From: an uncultured bacterium
GTDB taxonomy: Bacteria; SAR324; NAC60-12
DNA: 44,568 nucleotides
Reading direction: 5' to 3'
NCBI GenBank assembly: GCA_964010765.1
Contig: CAXGMD010000017.1
Coordinates: 1-44,568 of the forward strand
Part shown: positions 10,049 to 19,309 of the stretch, one piece after another
Position numbering within the stretch: the first letter of the stretch is position 1
Layout: each line of letters opens with the position of its first letter
The notes under the pieces: model-generated
What the model was told of the DNA's origin: nothing
The model's database searches: none
The model's input: the letters and a program-made list of their open reading frames with translations, nothing else
Position numbers and translations under genes: made by a program

Positions 10049-11860
10049 TCAGTTAGAGATCGTCAGCAAGGGCTCACCCGCTTGTACTGTGTCTCCGGTG
10101 GATACTTGCAATTCTGAGATCTTACCGGCAGCAGGAGACTTGACCTCGGACTCCATCTTCATTGCCTCCATTACCAACAGCGTTTGGTTTTCACTGACCT
10201 GATCGCCTACCTTGACCTCAAGGCGCAGAATGTTACCAGGAGTCGGGGCTTCAACCACTTGACTGGCGGTGCTGGGAGCAGGGATTGTTGCAGGTTGCGC
10301 AGCAGGTGCGGGACTGGCCGTTTGCACAACGGGGGCAGCCCCTCCTTCTGCAACATGAACCTGATAGGCCTTGCCATCAACGGTGATCGTGTAGTCACGT
10401 GGACCCATTGCCGCTGGCAGGGCAGCTGGTACAGAGACCTTGGCCTTCTGGGTCTTGGCTTCTTCCACGCTCTTGCGGCGGATGTTTTCCTTGGCCTTGC
10501 CCTGTAAGAAGTCAATTCCTTTGCTTTCGCAGCTGGAGACAATGAAGACATTCTCATCATTGATTGGTAGACCATGTTCCTGGAGCTTCTTCTCAGCAGC
10601 AGGTCGGCCATCCTCAAGGATATCCAGTGGATCACCATCGAAAACAGGCTTATTCAGTTGTTCGGAGGCCAGCTTGATGATCTCCGGATCGGGTGGCACT
10701 GGGGTTTTGCCGAAGTAGCCGAGGACCATGTTCCCATATTGTGGATTGAGCTTCTTCCAGCGTCCCTGGGTAGCGTTGAGGTAGGCTTGTTGAAAATAAA
10801 ATTGGGAAACCGGAGTGACTGAAGTACCAAAGCCTCCCAGCCGAATGACTTCCTCCATCTCCTTGATCACCTGGGGGTAGAGGTGCAGTGTGCCAGTGTC
10901 ACGCATCATCATCGTGTTGGCGGTCAGTGCTCCACCTGGCATTGGTGAGAAGGGGATCAGTGGGGAGACCATCCGGGATTCGGGTGGAATGAAGTAATCA
11001 TGCATCGCATCCTCAAAGACCTCCTGTGCCTTGACATACTTGAGTGGATCGATATCCAGCGTGTAGTCGGTACCCTTCATCGCATGCCACATCGTGAGGA
11101 TGTCGGGTTGGGCTGTTCCACCACTGACGGGGCTCATCGCCAGATCAATTCGATTGATTCCGGCTTCGATAGCGGCCATGTATTGGTTGATGCCAATCCC
11201 TGCGGTGTCATGAGTGTGCAGATGCAGCACCATGTCTTCCGGTACAACCTTGCGGGCTGCTTTGATTGTATCGTAGACCTTACGCGGGTGAGCGGTTCCA
11301 GTTGAGTCCTTGAACGAAATCGAATCGAAGGGAATATCCGAATCCAGGATGTCCTGTAGCAGCTTGGTGTAATCTTCTGCACGGTGAGCCCCTTCACAAC
11401 CTGGAGGCAAATCCATGATGGTGATTACGATCTGGTGGTGCAGACCAGCGGCAGTGATCCGTCCTCCGGAGTAACGCAGGTTGCGCAGATCATTCAGGGC
11501 ATCGAAGTTCCGGATGGTGGTGATTCCGTGCTTCTTGAACATCTGCGCATGCAGATCAATCATGTCCCGCGGTTGCTGGTTCAAGGCAACGACATTAATA
11601 CCCCGGGCTAGCGTTTGTAAGTTGGCTTCGGGCCCGACAGTCTTGCGGAAGGCGTCCATCATGTCGAATGCAGATTCGTTGCAGTAGAAAAAGAGACTCT
11701 GGAAACGTGCACCACCTCCAGCTTCGAAGTGGGTAGTTCCAGCTTCTACTGCAGCTTCCAGCGCTGGTAGGAAGTCCTTTGTCGCCACACGTGCACCAAA
11801 CACGGACTGAAAACCATCGCGGAAGGACGTGTCCATGAATTCAATGCGTTTTTTTGCCAT
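10049..11860 (-). CDS. oadA: Oxaloacetate decarboxylase alpha subunit / PycB-like carboxyltransferase with biotinyl domain
   Basis: RDGFQS, HTHDT and PGG motifs, C-terminal EAMKM biotinylation site. Lies between oadG and oadB. Confidence 0.88.
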   Translation of the reverse strand: MAKKRIEFMDTSFRDGFQSVFGARVATKDFLPALEAAVEAGTTHFEAGGGARFQSLFFYCNESAFDMMDAFRKTVGPEANLQTLARGINVVALNQQPRDMIDLHAQMFKKHGITTIRNFDALNDLRNLRYSGGRITAAGLHHQIVITIMDLPPGCEGAHRAEDYTKLLQDILDSDIPFDSISFKDSTGTAHPRKVYDTIKAARKVVPEDMVLHLHTHDTAGIGINQYMAAIEAGINRIDLAMSPVSGGTAQPDILTMWHAMKGTDYTLDIDPLKYVKAQEVFEDAMHDYFIPPESRMVSPLIPFSPMPGGALTANTMMMRDTGTLHLYPQVIKEMEEVIRLGGFGTSVTPVSQFYFQQAYLNATQGRWKKLNPQYGNMVLGYFGKTPVPPDPEIIKLASEQLNKPVFDGDPLDILEDGRPAAEKKLQEHGLPINDENVFIVSSCESKGIDFLQGKAKENIRRKSVEEAKTQKAKVSVPAALPAAMGPRDYTITVDGKAYQVHVAEGGAAPVVQTASPAPAAQPATIPAPSTASQVVEAPTPGNILRLEVKVGDQVSENQTLLVMEAMKMESEVKSPAAGKISELQVSTGDTVQAGEPLLTISN

Positions 11861-11873
11861 GATTGGTTGTTGA

Positions 11874-12119
11874 TTAGGTGTTGATCAGTTGCTGTCGCTC
11901 GGCTTCATACGCAGCAATCGCTGCAGCCAGGACAACGGTCGGGACTTGTGGTTCCTGAGGCGTTGGTTTCTTTGAGGGTCGCCGCTGTCGCTCGGCTTCC
12001 TGCTGGGTATGTAATCGGTTCAGGATCTCGATCAGCTTGATGAAGGCAATCATCAACAACAGAAATAGAAATACCGTCAACATGCCTACAACCATTAACT
12101 TGAGTCCGGTGCTGAACAT
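11874..12119 (-). CDS. oadG: OadG family gamma subunit
   Basis: N-terminal TM helix (GMLTVFLFLLL), Pro-rich linker, VLAAAIAAY motif. Immediately upstream of oadA. Confidence 0.85.
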   Translation of the reverse strand: MFSTGLKLMVVGMLTVFLFLLLMIAFIKLIEILNRLHTQQEAERQRRPSKKPTPQEPQVPTVVLAAAIAAYEAERQQLINT

Positions 12120-12400
12120 CTGAGTCGTTCTCCAGAAGATACGGAAAGCGTGAACCAGGAGCCGTTGGCTAATTCATCTGAGAGGCACTAAGATAGTGAT
12201 TTTTTTGCAAGTTGACATCCGGAATTTAACAAAAATGTCGAACTTATGATTTGGGGCGGAGAAATTAGACAGGATTTCCAGAAGGAGCAGATCATGAATC
12301 GTCAAGAATCTGCTCCACCCTCTTCAAGAAAAAATATCAGGAGAATAGATAAGGAGAGTGCTGATAGCTGGTGTAGCACGACCTCATCCACTTTCCAAAA

Positions 12401-12829
12401 TCACGATGCTTTGTCTTCTTGTGATTCAGCCATAATCTCATACGAATGTGTTACCTCTGCACCGGAGCGTCCCATGATGATTGAGGCAGCGCAATACTTT
12501 TCCTGGGATAACTGAATGGCTCGTTGCACCTGGTGCTCACTAAGATTGGTACCATTCAGAATGAAGTGCAGATGGATTTTGCGGAAGATACGAGGATAGT
12601 CATCTTCTCGTTCAGCTTCCACCTGAACATTGCAGTTTTGAACTTTTTGGCGGGCTTTCTTCAGAATACTGATCACATCAACACCTGTGCAGCCTCCCAT
12701 CCCCATCAGCAGCATCTCCATCGGACTGGGGCCCTTGTTGGAATCCGGAGTGTCGAGCACTACGGAGTGCCCTGTCCCAGACTCTGCAACAAACTTTGAT
12801 TCTTCCAACCATTTGACTTCTGCTTTCAT
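12401..12829 (-). CDS. OsmC/YhfA family protein
   Basis: Motifs GPSPMEMLL, GGCTGVDV and SQEKYC. Confidence 0.9.
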   Translation of the reverse strand: MKAEVKWLEESKFVAESGTGHSVVLDTPDSNKGPSPMEMLLMGMGGCTGVDVISILKKARQKVQNCNVQVEAEREDDYPRIFRKIHLHFILNGTNLSEHQVQRAIQLSQEKYCAASIIMGRSGAEVTHSYEIMAESQEDKAS

Positions 12830-13077
12830 AAATTCTGCTTCTGCGATGGGTTACAAAGAGACAATAAAGCGAACATCAACCAGCATAGCACCAAGAGCAG
12901 AAACAGAAAGCGCCTGTGTTTCCATTGCTTGTGAAACGCTAAACGGGTACAAGGAGTGGACAGTTCATAGGATGTTGCTAGAAGTTCAAATCATCGTTAA
13001 TCCGGGAAATTCGTTGGATGTCTGTTGGAAGGCTTGGATCTAGACACCCGATATGTGAAAGCAGGAAGGAGTGAGAA

Positions 13078-14046
13078 ATGTCTCGCATTATGATCATTGG
13101 TGGCAGTGGTCACGTAGGTAGTTATCTCGTACCTATTCTGGTTACAATGGGACACGAGGTCGTCAACGTGAGCCGTGGGGTTTCAGCTCCCTATTGTGCC
13201 CATTCCGCTTGGGAGCAAGTGGAAAGCGTGATCCTAGATCGTACTGCTGAGGAAGCCAAGGGAGAGTTCGGGACAAAGATCGCGGCTCTACAGCCAGATA
13301 TCGTGGTGGACATGATCTCCTTCGATCTGCCCAGCATGCAGCAGCTCGTTGAAGCACTTCACGGGAAGATTGATCACTACCTCTTCTGCAGTACAATTTG
13401 GGTCTACGGAAGCTTCACAGCAATTCCATCAACGGAAGCAGATCTGCCGAATCCGATTGAACCCTATGGACGAAACAAGGCAGAAATGGAAGCCTGGCTG
13501 GGAGAACAGGCGCGTCGCAGAGGCTTTCCGGCAACGAGCTTCCGACCCGGTCATATCGTTGGGGAAGGCTGGCTGCCGATCAATCCGCTTGGGAACCTGA
13601 ACCTGGAGGTGTTTTCACGGATTGCCCATGGAAAGGAACTGATGCTGCCCAACCTGGGTCTGGAGATGATGCACCATGTTCATGCAGATGATGTCGCTCG
13701 TTGGATTCTTTGCGCCATTCACCATCGACAGGCGACGATCGGGGAAGCGTTCAACACGGTCTCTGAGCAGGCGCTGACACTCAAGGGCTACGCAGAGGCG
13801 ATGTATCGCTGGTTTGGTCAGCAACCACGGCTCTCGTTTCAGCCTTTTGATGAATGGTTAGGTGGTATGAGCGAGCAGGACGCAGCCGCTTCTCGTGGAC
13901 ACGTGATCCGCAGTTCCTGCCACTCCATCGAAAAGAGCCGTCAGCGTTTGGGATACCATCCGCGCTACTCCAGCCTCGAAGCGATCCAGCAAGCAGTCCA
14001 GGTACTGATTGCCCAGGGAAAAGTGGCGGTTCCGACATCAAAATGA
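13078..14046 (+). CDS. NAD-dependent epimerase/dehydratase (extended SDR)
   Basis: GGSGHVG, YGRNK (YxxxK) and HVHADD motifs. Strong GGAAGGAG SD. Confidence 0.88.
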   Translation: MSRIMIIGGSGHVGSYLVPILVTMGHEVVNVSRGVSAPYCAHSAWEQVESVILDRTAEEAKGEFGTKIAALQPDIVVDMISFDLPSMQQLVEALHGKIDHYLFCSTIWVYGSFTAIPSTEADLPNPIEPYGRNKAEMEAWLGEQARRRGFPATSFRPGHIVGEGWLPINPLGNLNLEVFSRIAHGKELMLPNLGLEMMHHVHADDVARWILCAIHHRQATIGEAFNTVSEQALTLKGYAEAMYRWFGQQPRLSFQPFDEWLGGMSEQDAAASRGHVIRSSCHSIEKSRQRLGYHPRYSSLEAIQQAVQVLIAQGKVAVPTSK

Positions 14047-14085
14047 ACTACTGAAAAGACTACTTTTGGACAACCAACTGAGACC

Positions 14086-14808
14086 TTGATGCCGATGGGA
14101 ATGGTTCCTCTCTTCTTTGATCTTGACCACACCCTGTGGGACTTTGTTAGCAACTCTCGCAAGACGCTGCGTGAGGGCTATGAGGCCTTTATACTACGCG
14201 ACGTGGGTGTGACCGACTTTTCTGAGTGGGTCCGTGTGTTTGAACGCACGAACGACTGGTGTTGGGAAGAGTATCGTCAGGGACGAATGGACAAAACGAC
14301 TCTGCGCTCAGCCCGTTTCGAGATGGCTTTGCAGACAATCGGTAGCACAGCTCCATCAGAACTCGCAAAGGAGTTGGACATTCACTACATCCAGTATTCT
14401 CCACAGCAGACGGGTCTGATCGATGGTACCCTGCCCTTGCTGGAAGAACTGCAGCGACGTGGTCACCAGATGTGGATCTTGACGAACGGTTTTGAGGAGG
14501 TACAACGAATCAAGCTTCAATGCTGTGGACTGTCTCCCTTTTTCGAAGCGATGTACACCAGCGAAGAGTTGGGTGTGAAGAAGCCTCATCCCGATGCCTT
14601 CCACAAGGCTGCAGCTGCTGCAGGTCTATCTGAATCAGAGGATGTTGTGATGATTGGGGACAGTTGGCAGAGTGACGTTGAGGGTGCCCAGAATGTGGGC
14701 TGGCGTGGAGTTCACTACAACCCGGAAGGTGAACTGAAACTAGCAGCGTGGCGCACCGTCCGCAACCTGCATGAAATCCTCGATCTGCCACTGAATTCAA
14801 GACCCTGA
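14086..14808 (+). CDS. HAD-superfamily YjjG-type pyrimidine nucleotidase
   Basis: FDLDHTLWDF, LTNGF, KKPHP and MIGDSWQSD motifs. True start may be ATG 14095 or 14101. Confidence 0.85.
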   Translation: MMPMGMVPLFFDLDHTLWDFVSNSRKTLREGYEAFILRDVGVTDFSEWVRVFERTNDWCWEEYRQGRMDKTTLRSARFEMALQTIGSTAPSELAKELDIHYIQYSPQQTGLIDGTLPLLEELQRRGHQMWILTNGFEEVQRIKLQCCGLSPFFEAMYTSEELGVKKPHPDAFHKAAAAAGLSESEDVVMIGDSWQSDVEGAQNVGWRGVHYNPEGELKLAAWRTVRNLHEILDLPLNSRP

Positions 14809-14882
14809 GGCTTTTTCTCTGCAACTGGATGAAGTGGCTGTGAAATCCAAGGGCTTTCCGAAAAACCAATGTGAAAGGAGTG

Positions 14883-15203
14883 ATGGGAGTTTTCAACTGT
14901 GACGAATGTGGAGGAAAGCTCTCCTACTTGGCGAGATCTTGTCCTCACTGTGGCAAGCGCTTCAAATCCAACCTGCTAGCAGCAGACTGGAAACTAGGTG
15001 GCAAGCCCACTCTCTTTGCGGCTTGTGGCGTAGCAGTTATCTGGTTTGCCGTGATTGCAACTTCGATGATCTGGGTCGTGTCGCTAGCCAATCCTACGTT
15101 GCTGATCCCTGTGATCATCCTGCTCTCGTTGATCTTCCTCGTCTTGGTTTATGTCTTCAGCCGGGCATTTCGGAAACACAAAAAGACACCAACAGATTCC
15201 TGA
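14883..15203 (+). CDS. Hypothetical membrane protein with N-terminal zinc ribbon
   Basis: CDEC...CPHC followed by two hydrophobic helices and a basic tail. AAGGAG SD before ATG 14883. Confidence 0.7.
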   Translation: MGVFNCDECGGKLSYLARSCPHCGKRFKSNLLAADWKLGGKPTLFAACGVAVIWFAVIATSMIWVVSLANPTLLIPVIILLSLIFLVLVYVFSRAFRKHKKTPTDS

Positions 15204-15282
15204 AGGTTTGGTCTGGGCTTCTGAGAGTGTAGATACCGCAACTTCCAAGGTGTTTGTGGTTGGTCCAAGAGGAACTGCCAGA

Positions 15283-16128
15283 TCAGCTTGAACGCACCAA
15301 CGATCGAAGCACTTCTTCCAGTTCAGGCAATTCTTCATGATCCTTGAAATGAGCCATTCGCTGGTATGTATCTGCAGCAGATTTGTGGAAGCCATCTGGA
15401 AGCCCTGCAAAGTCAAGAGTGGAAGCGATCTCCTCCATTTCACCGGAAAACCTCCAGGCCTTGGCAGTAACTTTCCGGATATCTTCGACAGTTTTTCTAC
15501 CGGCACCACTCACCTCAGCCGACCAGTGTCGCTCCAGGTCTTCCCACACTCCCAACTCGTTAGCGGTGGCCACAATGGAGCAGAGCAAAGCGGTCATTCC
15601 CTTCGTCTTGGCTGCGTAGCACATCTTCATTGCTGAGGCCCTGCCGATTTCCTCCCCAATGATTCGGGTGACCAGCGGGCCCTGCTCGAAACAGTCGGCC
15701 ACTTGTGCAGATTGGAACCCAGAGAGATAAAGAAAGGTCGAGTTTTCCTGCCAGGCAGGGCCACCGATGATCCCACCATCCACATACTCAACCCCTACAA
15801 GAGCCATCTGCTTGCCAATTTCTTGAGAGCGCATTGGAGAGATGGCGTTAGCGTCCAAAAAGATGCCCTTGAAGCCTGCCTGCAACACCTGCTGGCTCAG
15901 TTCACCTGCATATTTGGGCGGACAGACACTGATGATCATGGAGCAAGTTTCACATAGTTCTGAAAGACTCCGCAACTCACGCAGATCGAACCGTTCCGCT
16001 CTGGCGCGTGTAGCCTCGCTTCGACCCTGCGACACCCAGAAAACCGAATGTCCAGAATTTTTTGCAGAAGCAGCAACAGATATCCCCATTTCACCAGGGT
16101 GCAGGATGCCTATGTTCTGTGTTGTCAT
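15283..16128 (-). CDS. NAD(P)-dependent oxidoreductase (6PGDH-like NAD-binding domain plus DUF1932-like domain)
   Basis: GILHPGEMG, DANAISP, DGGIIGGP, KMCYAA and KAWRFSGEMEEI motifs. Start MTTQN follows GGAG. Confidence 0.82.
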   Translation of the reverse strand: MTTQNIGILHPGEMGISVAASAKNSGHSVFWVSQGRSEATRARAERFDLRELRSLSELCETCSMIISVCPPKYAGELSQQVLQAGFKGIFLDANAISPMRSQEIGKQMALVGVEYVDGGIIGGPAWQENSTFLYLSGFQSAQVADCFEQGPLVTRIIGEEIGRASAMKMCYAAKTKGMTALLCSIVATANELGVWEDLERHWSAEVSGAGRKTVEDIRKVTAKAWRFSGEMEEIASTLDFAGLPDGFHKSAADTYQRMAHFKDHEELPELEEVLRSLVRSS

Positions 16129-16211
16129 TACATTTTCTCCGGAGATATGAACGAAATTTGAGATAGCATCATGTAGACGATGTTTTCGCAAATACAGCAG
16201 AAAAAGTAGAA

Positions 16212-16664
16212 ATGGAACTCAAATCCATCCCGGCCAGCCTACAAATGAACCAATCCTCCCCAAAAGATCAGTTGAATGTTTTTCTGAAAGTATTTCTGCA
16301 GTGGGTTGATTCTCAGCGCGTAGTGGAGGGAGCAATCATGGTGGGTTCCCATGCACGAGGTGAGGCTCGGCAAGATTCCGACATTGACCTGGTCCTGCTT
16401 TGCACGGAGTACGAAAGTTATCTGCAAGACTTGGGTTGGACAAACGAATTCGGCAAGCCAGTCTCAGTTCGTCTTGAGGACTATGGTAAACTCACTTCTG
16501 TCCGTGCGTTCTGTGAAGAGGGCCCGGAAGTCGAGTTTGGCTTCACTCAACTAGACTGGCTGGCTCAGCCACTGGATGCAGGAACAGTGGGAGTCCTGCG
16601 GGATGGATTTCAAATTGTCTATGATCGTAGTGGAAAATATTCGGCTCTGGATTTACAACTCTAG
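16212..16664 (+). CDS. Nucleotidyltransferase-domain protein (Pol-beta-like, aminoglycoside adenylyltransferase-like N-domain)
   Basis: GSHARG...SDIDL catalytic motif. Start may be ATG 16245. Confidence 0.8.
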   Translation: MELKSIPASLQMNQSSPKDQLNVFLKVFLQWVDSQRVVEGAIMVGSHARGEARQDSDIDLVLLCTEYESYLQDLGWTNEFGKPVSVRLEDYGKLTSVRAFCEEGPEVEFGFTQLDWLAQPLDAGTVGVLRDGFQIVYDRSGKYSALDLQL

Positions 16665-16941
16665 AATTTGATAACCTTTGCATTCTTTCAGTTATAGACT
16701 TGGAAAAACGTTTGTAGAAATTCCTCTCTCATCTTGAGATAAAGTTGATTTACAAATGTTCCATTCCTGGAAATGGCACACCATACAACAAACCTGACTG
16801 TCATAATTCACAAATATTGAGATAGTCTAGGTTACCTAATTGTTGGGCTGGAAGTGCCGAAGTGAATACTAGTCGGAGAGGTTGGCCATGGCCAATTTGG
16901 GATCGGCTGGGTGGAGGAGGAATTGATATAGAAAGAAACTG

Positions 16942-17652
16942 CTAGTTATTCGGGAGACTAATTTCCTGATCTAGCTCTTTGAAGGCGCTTTTACTACCAG
17001 AAGTTGGTCGTTCTAGATCAGCAGGGGTATTCAAATCCAGTTCGGGCTGTTCAAGCTCAGCTTCCAATTCTTCAAATGCTGATTCAGCGCGGTTTTTGGA
17101 GAGTTCAGTTGTGATTTTTTGGAGCCGCTCTTTTTGGTAGGCCACAACGGTCTCTCGACTTAAACAAGCCTTCACAAAAGCTGCTCGGACGTCTTCGTCA
17201 TCCTCGTAGGTGATCTTGAGAAATTGCCGCTGCCCAGTCACAAAGTTTTTCAATTCAGGATCATTTCGGAACTGCTCTACGAGTTGACGCTCCTTCTCAT
17301 CCCTTGGTTTGCGCCGTTGGACCTCATCTCTGATTGCTGATTGAACATACTGTTCTTGTTGTGCAACCAAGTTTTTGGTGGCTTCTGACTTGGCAGCTTC
17401 CACAGAGGCTAGACTTCCTGGAGCATAGCCGAACGCGCAATCCCACTCCGAATCATCATTACGTAAGTACCAATTCGGAGCACCGTCAATGTCCAAGGTG
17501 TTCTCAGTTCGTAGATAAATATCGAAAATATAGCCTGCCAGAGTATTTCCCAAAGAGAGAGCCAGCCCCAGCAACTGAGCAGAGGCAGTATGGATTGTCA
17601 AAATCAGGAAGATCCCAACCAGGAAAACGTGTTTGCTCAGCAATTTCAGCAT
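16942..17652 (-). CDS. Secreted hypothetical protein, LPP20-like
   Basis: Signal peptide (ASA cleavage), APNWY motif, then a G-x-A...AAKSEA helix typical of LPP20-like domains. Confidence 0.65.
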   Translation of the reverse strand: MLKLLSKHVFLVGIFLILTIHTASAQLLGLALSLGNTLAGYIFDIYLRTENTLDIDGAPNWYLRNDDSEWDCAFGYAPGSLASVEAAKSEATKNLVAQQEQYVQSAIRDEVQRRKPRDEKERQLVEQFRNDPELKNFVTGQRQFLKITYEDDEDVRAAFVKACLSRETVVAYQKERLQKITTELSKNRAESAFEELEAELEQPELDLNTPADLERPTSGSKSAFKELDQEISLPNN

Positions 17653-17659
17653 TCCACCC

Positions 17660-18118
17660 TCACGCAGCTAAATCCTCAATAAGAACATAAATGTAGCCTG
17701 CCTCTCGATCACGCCAAAATTCTACAATCCGAAATTGAACAGGAATTTCTTTTCCGGAAATGGTAACGGTCGTGTTGATTGTTGAGGAATTTGTCAGACT
17801 TTCGCGCCCTCCCCTGATGACACTGGTCGTTTTGTTCTGGACGTCGCCACTCACTTCGGCAGTGTTGCCAGCCTTTGCCGCAACCAGCAGACTGACGGCA
17901 GTATTCAAGGCTTTCTCTCGAGCCTGCTTAACCGTTTGCAGAGCGTAGCTCGCCTGTCCCAAGTAGTGCCCAGCAGGAACTTTGTTGATCCAATCTGGTT
18001 TTTGGTTCTGGCTGACGGGCTGGGGAGAATGGGAAGATTGCTGAGAGCAGGAAATAGTCAGAAAGGTAACAAGAAACAGCAGTAAGAAGGTGGGGAGTAG
18101 CCGCTTGGATGGAATCAT
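17660..18118 (-). CDS. LPP20-like lipoprotein
   Basis: Lipobox-like TISC, KPDWI, AREKALNTA and a C-terminal YIYVLI strand. Confidence 0.7.
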   Translation of the reverse strand: MIPSKRLLPTFLLLFLVTFLTISCSQQSSHSPQPVSQNQKPDWINKVPAGHYLGQASYALQTVKQAREKALNTAVSLLVAAKAGNTAEVSGDVQNKTTSVIRGGRESLTNSSTINTTVTISGKEIPVQFRIVEFWRDREAGYIYVLIEDLAA

Positions 18119-18168
18119 CTTTTCTCCGGTTAGAGCTGTTCCTGCTTGCGAAGTTCCGAATGAAATGC

Positions 18169-18194
18169 GTGGGACTCACAGGTGTGAATCCCAC
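18169..18194 (-). other. Intergenic stem-loop within the lipoprotein operon
   Basis: Minus-strand GTGGGATTCACA-CC-TGTGAGTCCCAC. No U-tract, so more likely a stabiliser or processing hairpin. Confidence 0.5.
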
Positions 18195-18207
18195 TCTTCG
18201 AGGAACC

Positions 18208-18843
18208 TTATTGTGGAGCAGCTCCAAATTCGGAGTTGATCATCTTATCCATTTCAGCTTCTAGCTCATTTTGGGCTTTTTCACCAAGGAAACGTTGCCA
18301 CTGGGCCTGCTGATTTTTGTAACTTGTTTGGAGGGCTTGCTTGGCTGCAACAGCTGCTTGCTGAGGATCCATTACTACTAAGGCGTAGGTTGTCCCATCA
18401 GGGCCCTTGCGGTAATTGATAGCTTTAGCACCGAAGAGGATTTCTGCGGTGATTTGCCGCTGCGTGACCGAAGCAACTGCATCAACAGTCTCTTGGTCCC
18501 CCACTCCAGTTGTCTCGGCATGGTTTTTCACCATCGCCCCAACCTTGGCTTTCATCTCGGTGGCCAGCTGTACCCTTCCATCCATCGTCGCTTGGTTTCT
18601 GGCGAAACTGGTGCCTGCTTTGGTATCTCGGAAAGACCCCACCGCAGCAACAGGATATCCCTCAACTGGGGTTCCACAAATCCAATCAGGAGCACGCACC
18701 TCAGTGTTGTCGAAGTAGCAGAGATTCGGATCTTGCTCTAACGCTACAGGTTCAATTTTAGTTGTTCCAGAAGATCCGGAACAGGCCACAACTCCTGTGA
18801 GAATAAGCGCTGCGCCAATTTGGGAAATCACTTTCTTGTTCAT
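18208..18843 (-). CDS. LPP20 family lipoprotein
   Basis: Lipobox VVAC, APDWIC, ARNQATMDGRVQLA and TYALV motifs. AAGGAG SD. Confidence 0.8.
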   Translation of the reverse strand: MNKKVISQIGAALILTGVVACSGSSGTTKIEPVALEQDPNLCYFDNTEVRAPDWICGTPVEGYPVAAVGSFRDTKAGTSFARNQATMDGRVQLATEMKAKVGAMVKNHAETTGVGDQETVDAVASVTQRQITAEILFGAKAINYRKGPDGTTYALVVMDPQQAAVAAKQALQTSYKNQQAQWQRFLGEKAQNELEAEMDKMINSEFGAAPQ

Positions 18844-19019
18844 GATGACTCCTTATTTCTGGAAAGAAATTTTGAGGAAACGTGAGCTTTTTGTTTGGAC
18901 TTTAGGACTCTGGCTATGGTTCTAGCAACAATCAATGTATATTTTTTCATAATTTAAACTTCACAACAAGCATTGATAAGTAGACGAACCCATACTTGAA
19001 TCTGACCAATGAGACCAAG

Positions 19020-19196
19020 ATGTTTCGCAAAAATCAGATCTGCTATCTGTTGGTGAGCCTGTTGCTTGTTCCAGCACTGCAGTCTCAGGAACTAGAGACT
19101 GCATGGCTAACAGATCTGTTCAGATCCAAGATCTACATTACCAGTAAACCTGAATATACTCATATCTCCCTTTTGAAACCCCACCAACAACACTAA
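19020..19196 (+). other. Possible remnant or small secreted ORF (58 aa)
   Basis: Signal-like N-terminus LLLVPALQSQE resembles LLLVPASWSQE of the next gene. KIYITSKPE resembles a PEGA-domain start. Confidence 0.3.
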
Positions 19197-19309
19197 GTCA
19201 ATTGTGATAGCTCCGGGAGAGATGTAGTAACCCTAAGGAGTGGTCAAATTATGTTTACTTTTACGAAAGGGATAATTTGAAAACTCTGAACCAACCAATG
19301 TGGATAAAC

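Noticed and set aside
12246..12515. Plus-strand 89-aa ORF in the oadG-osmC gap
   Set aside because: Overlaps osmC antisense and has no motifs. The region more likely holds the oad promoter and a hairpin (12284-12316).
16882..16895. Perfect palindrome TTGGCCATGGCCAA
   Set aside because: Single copy between convergent genes, with no loop, U-tract or flanking repeats.
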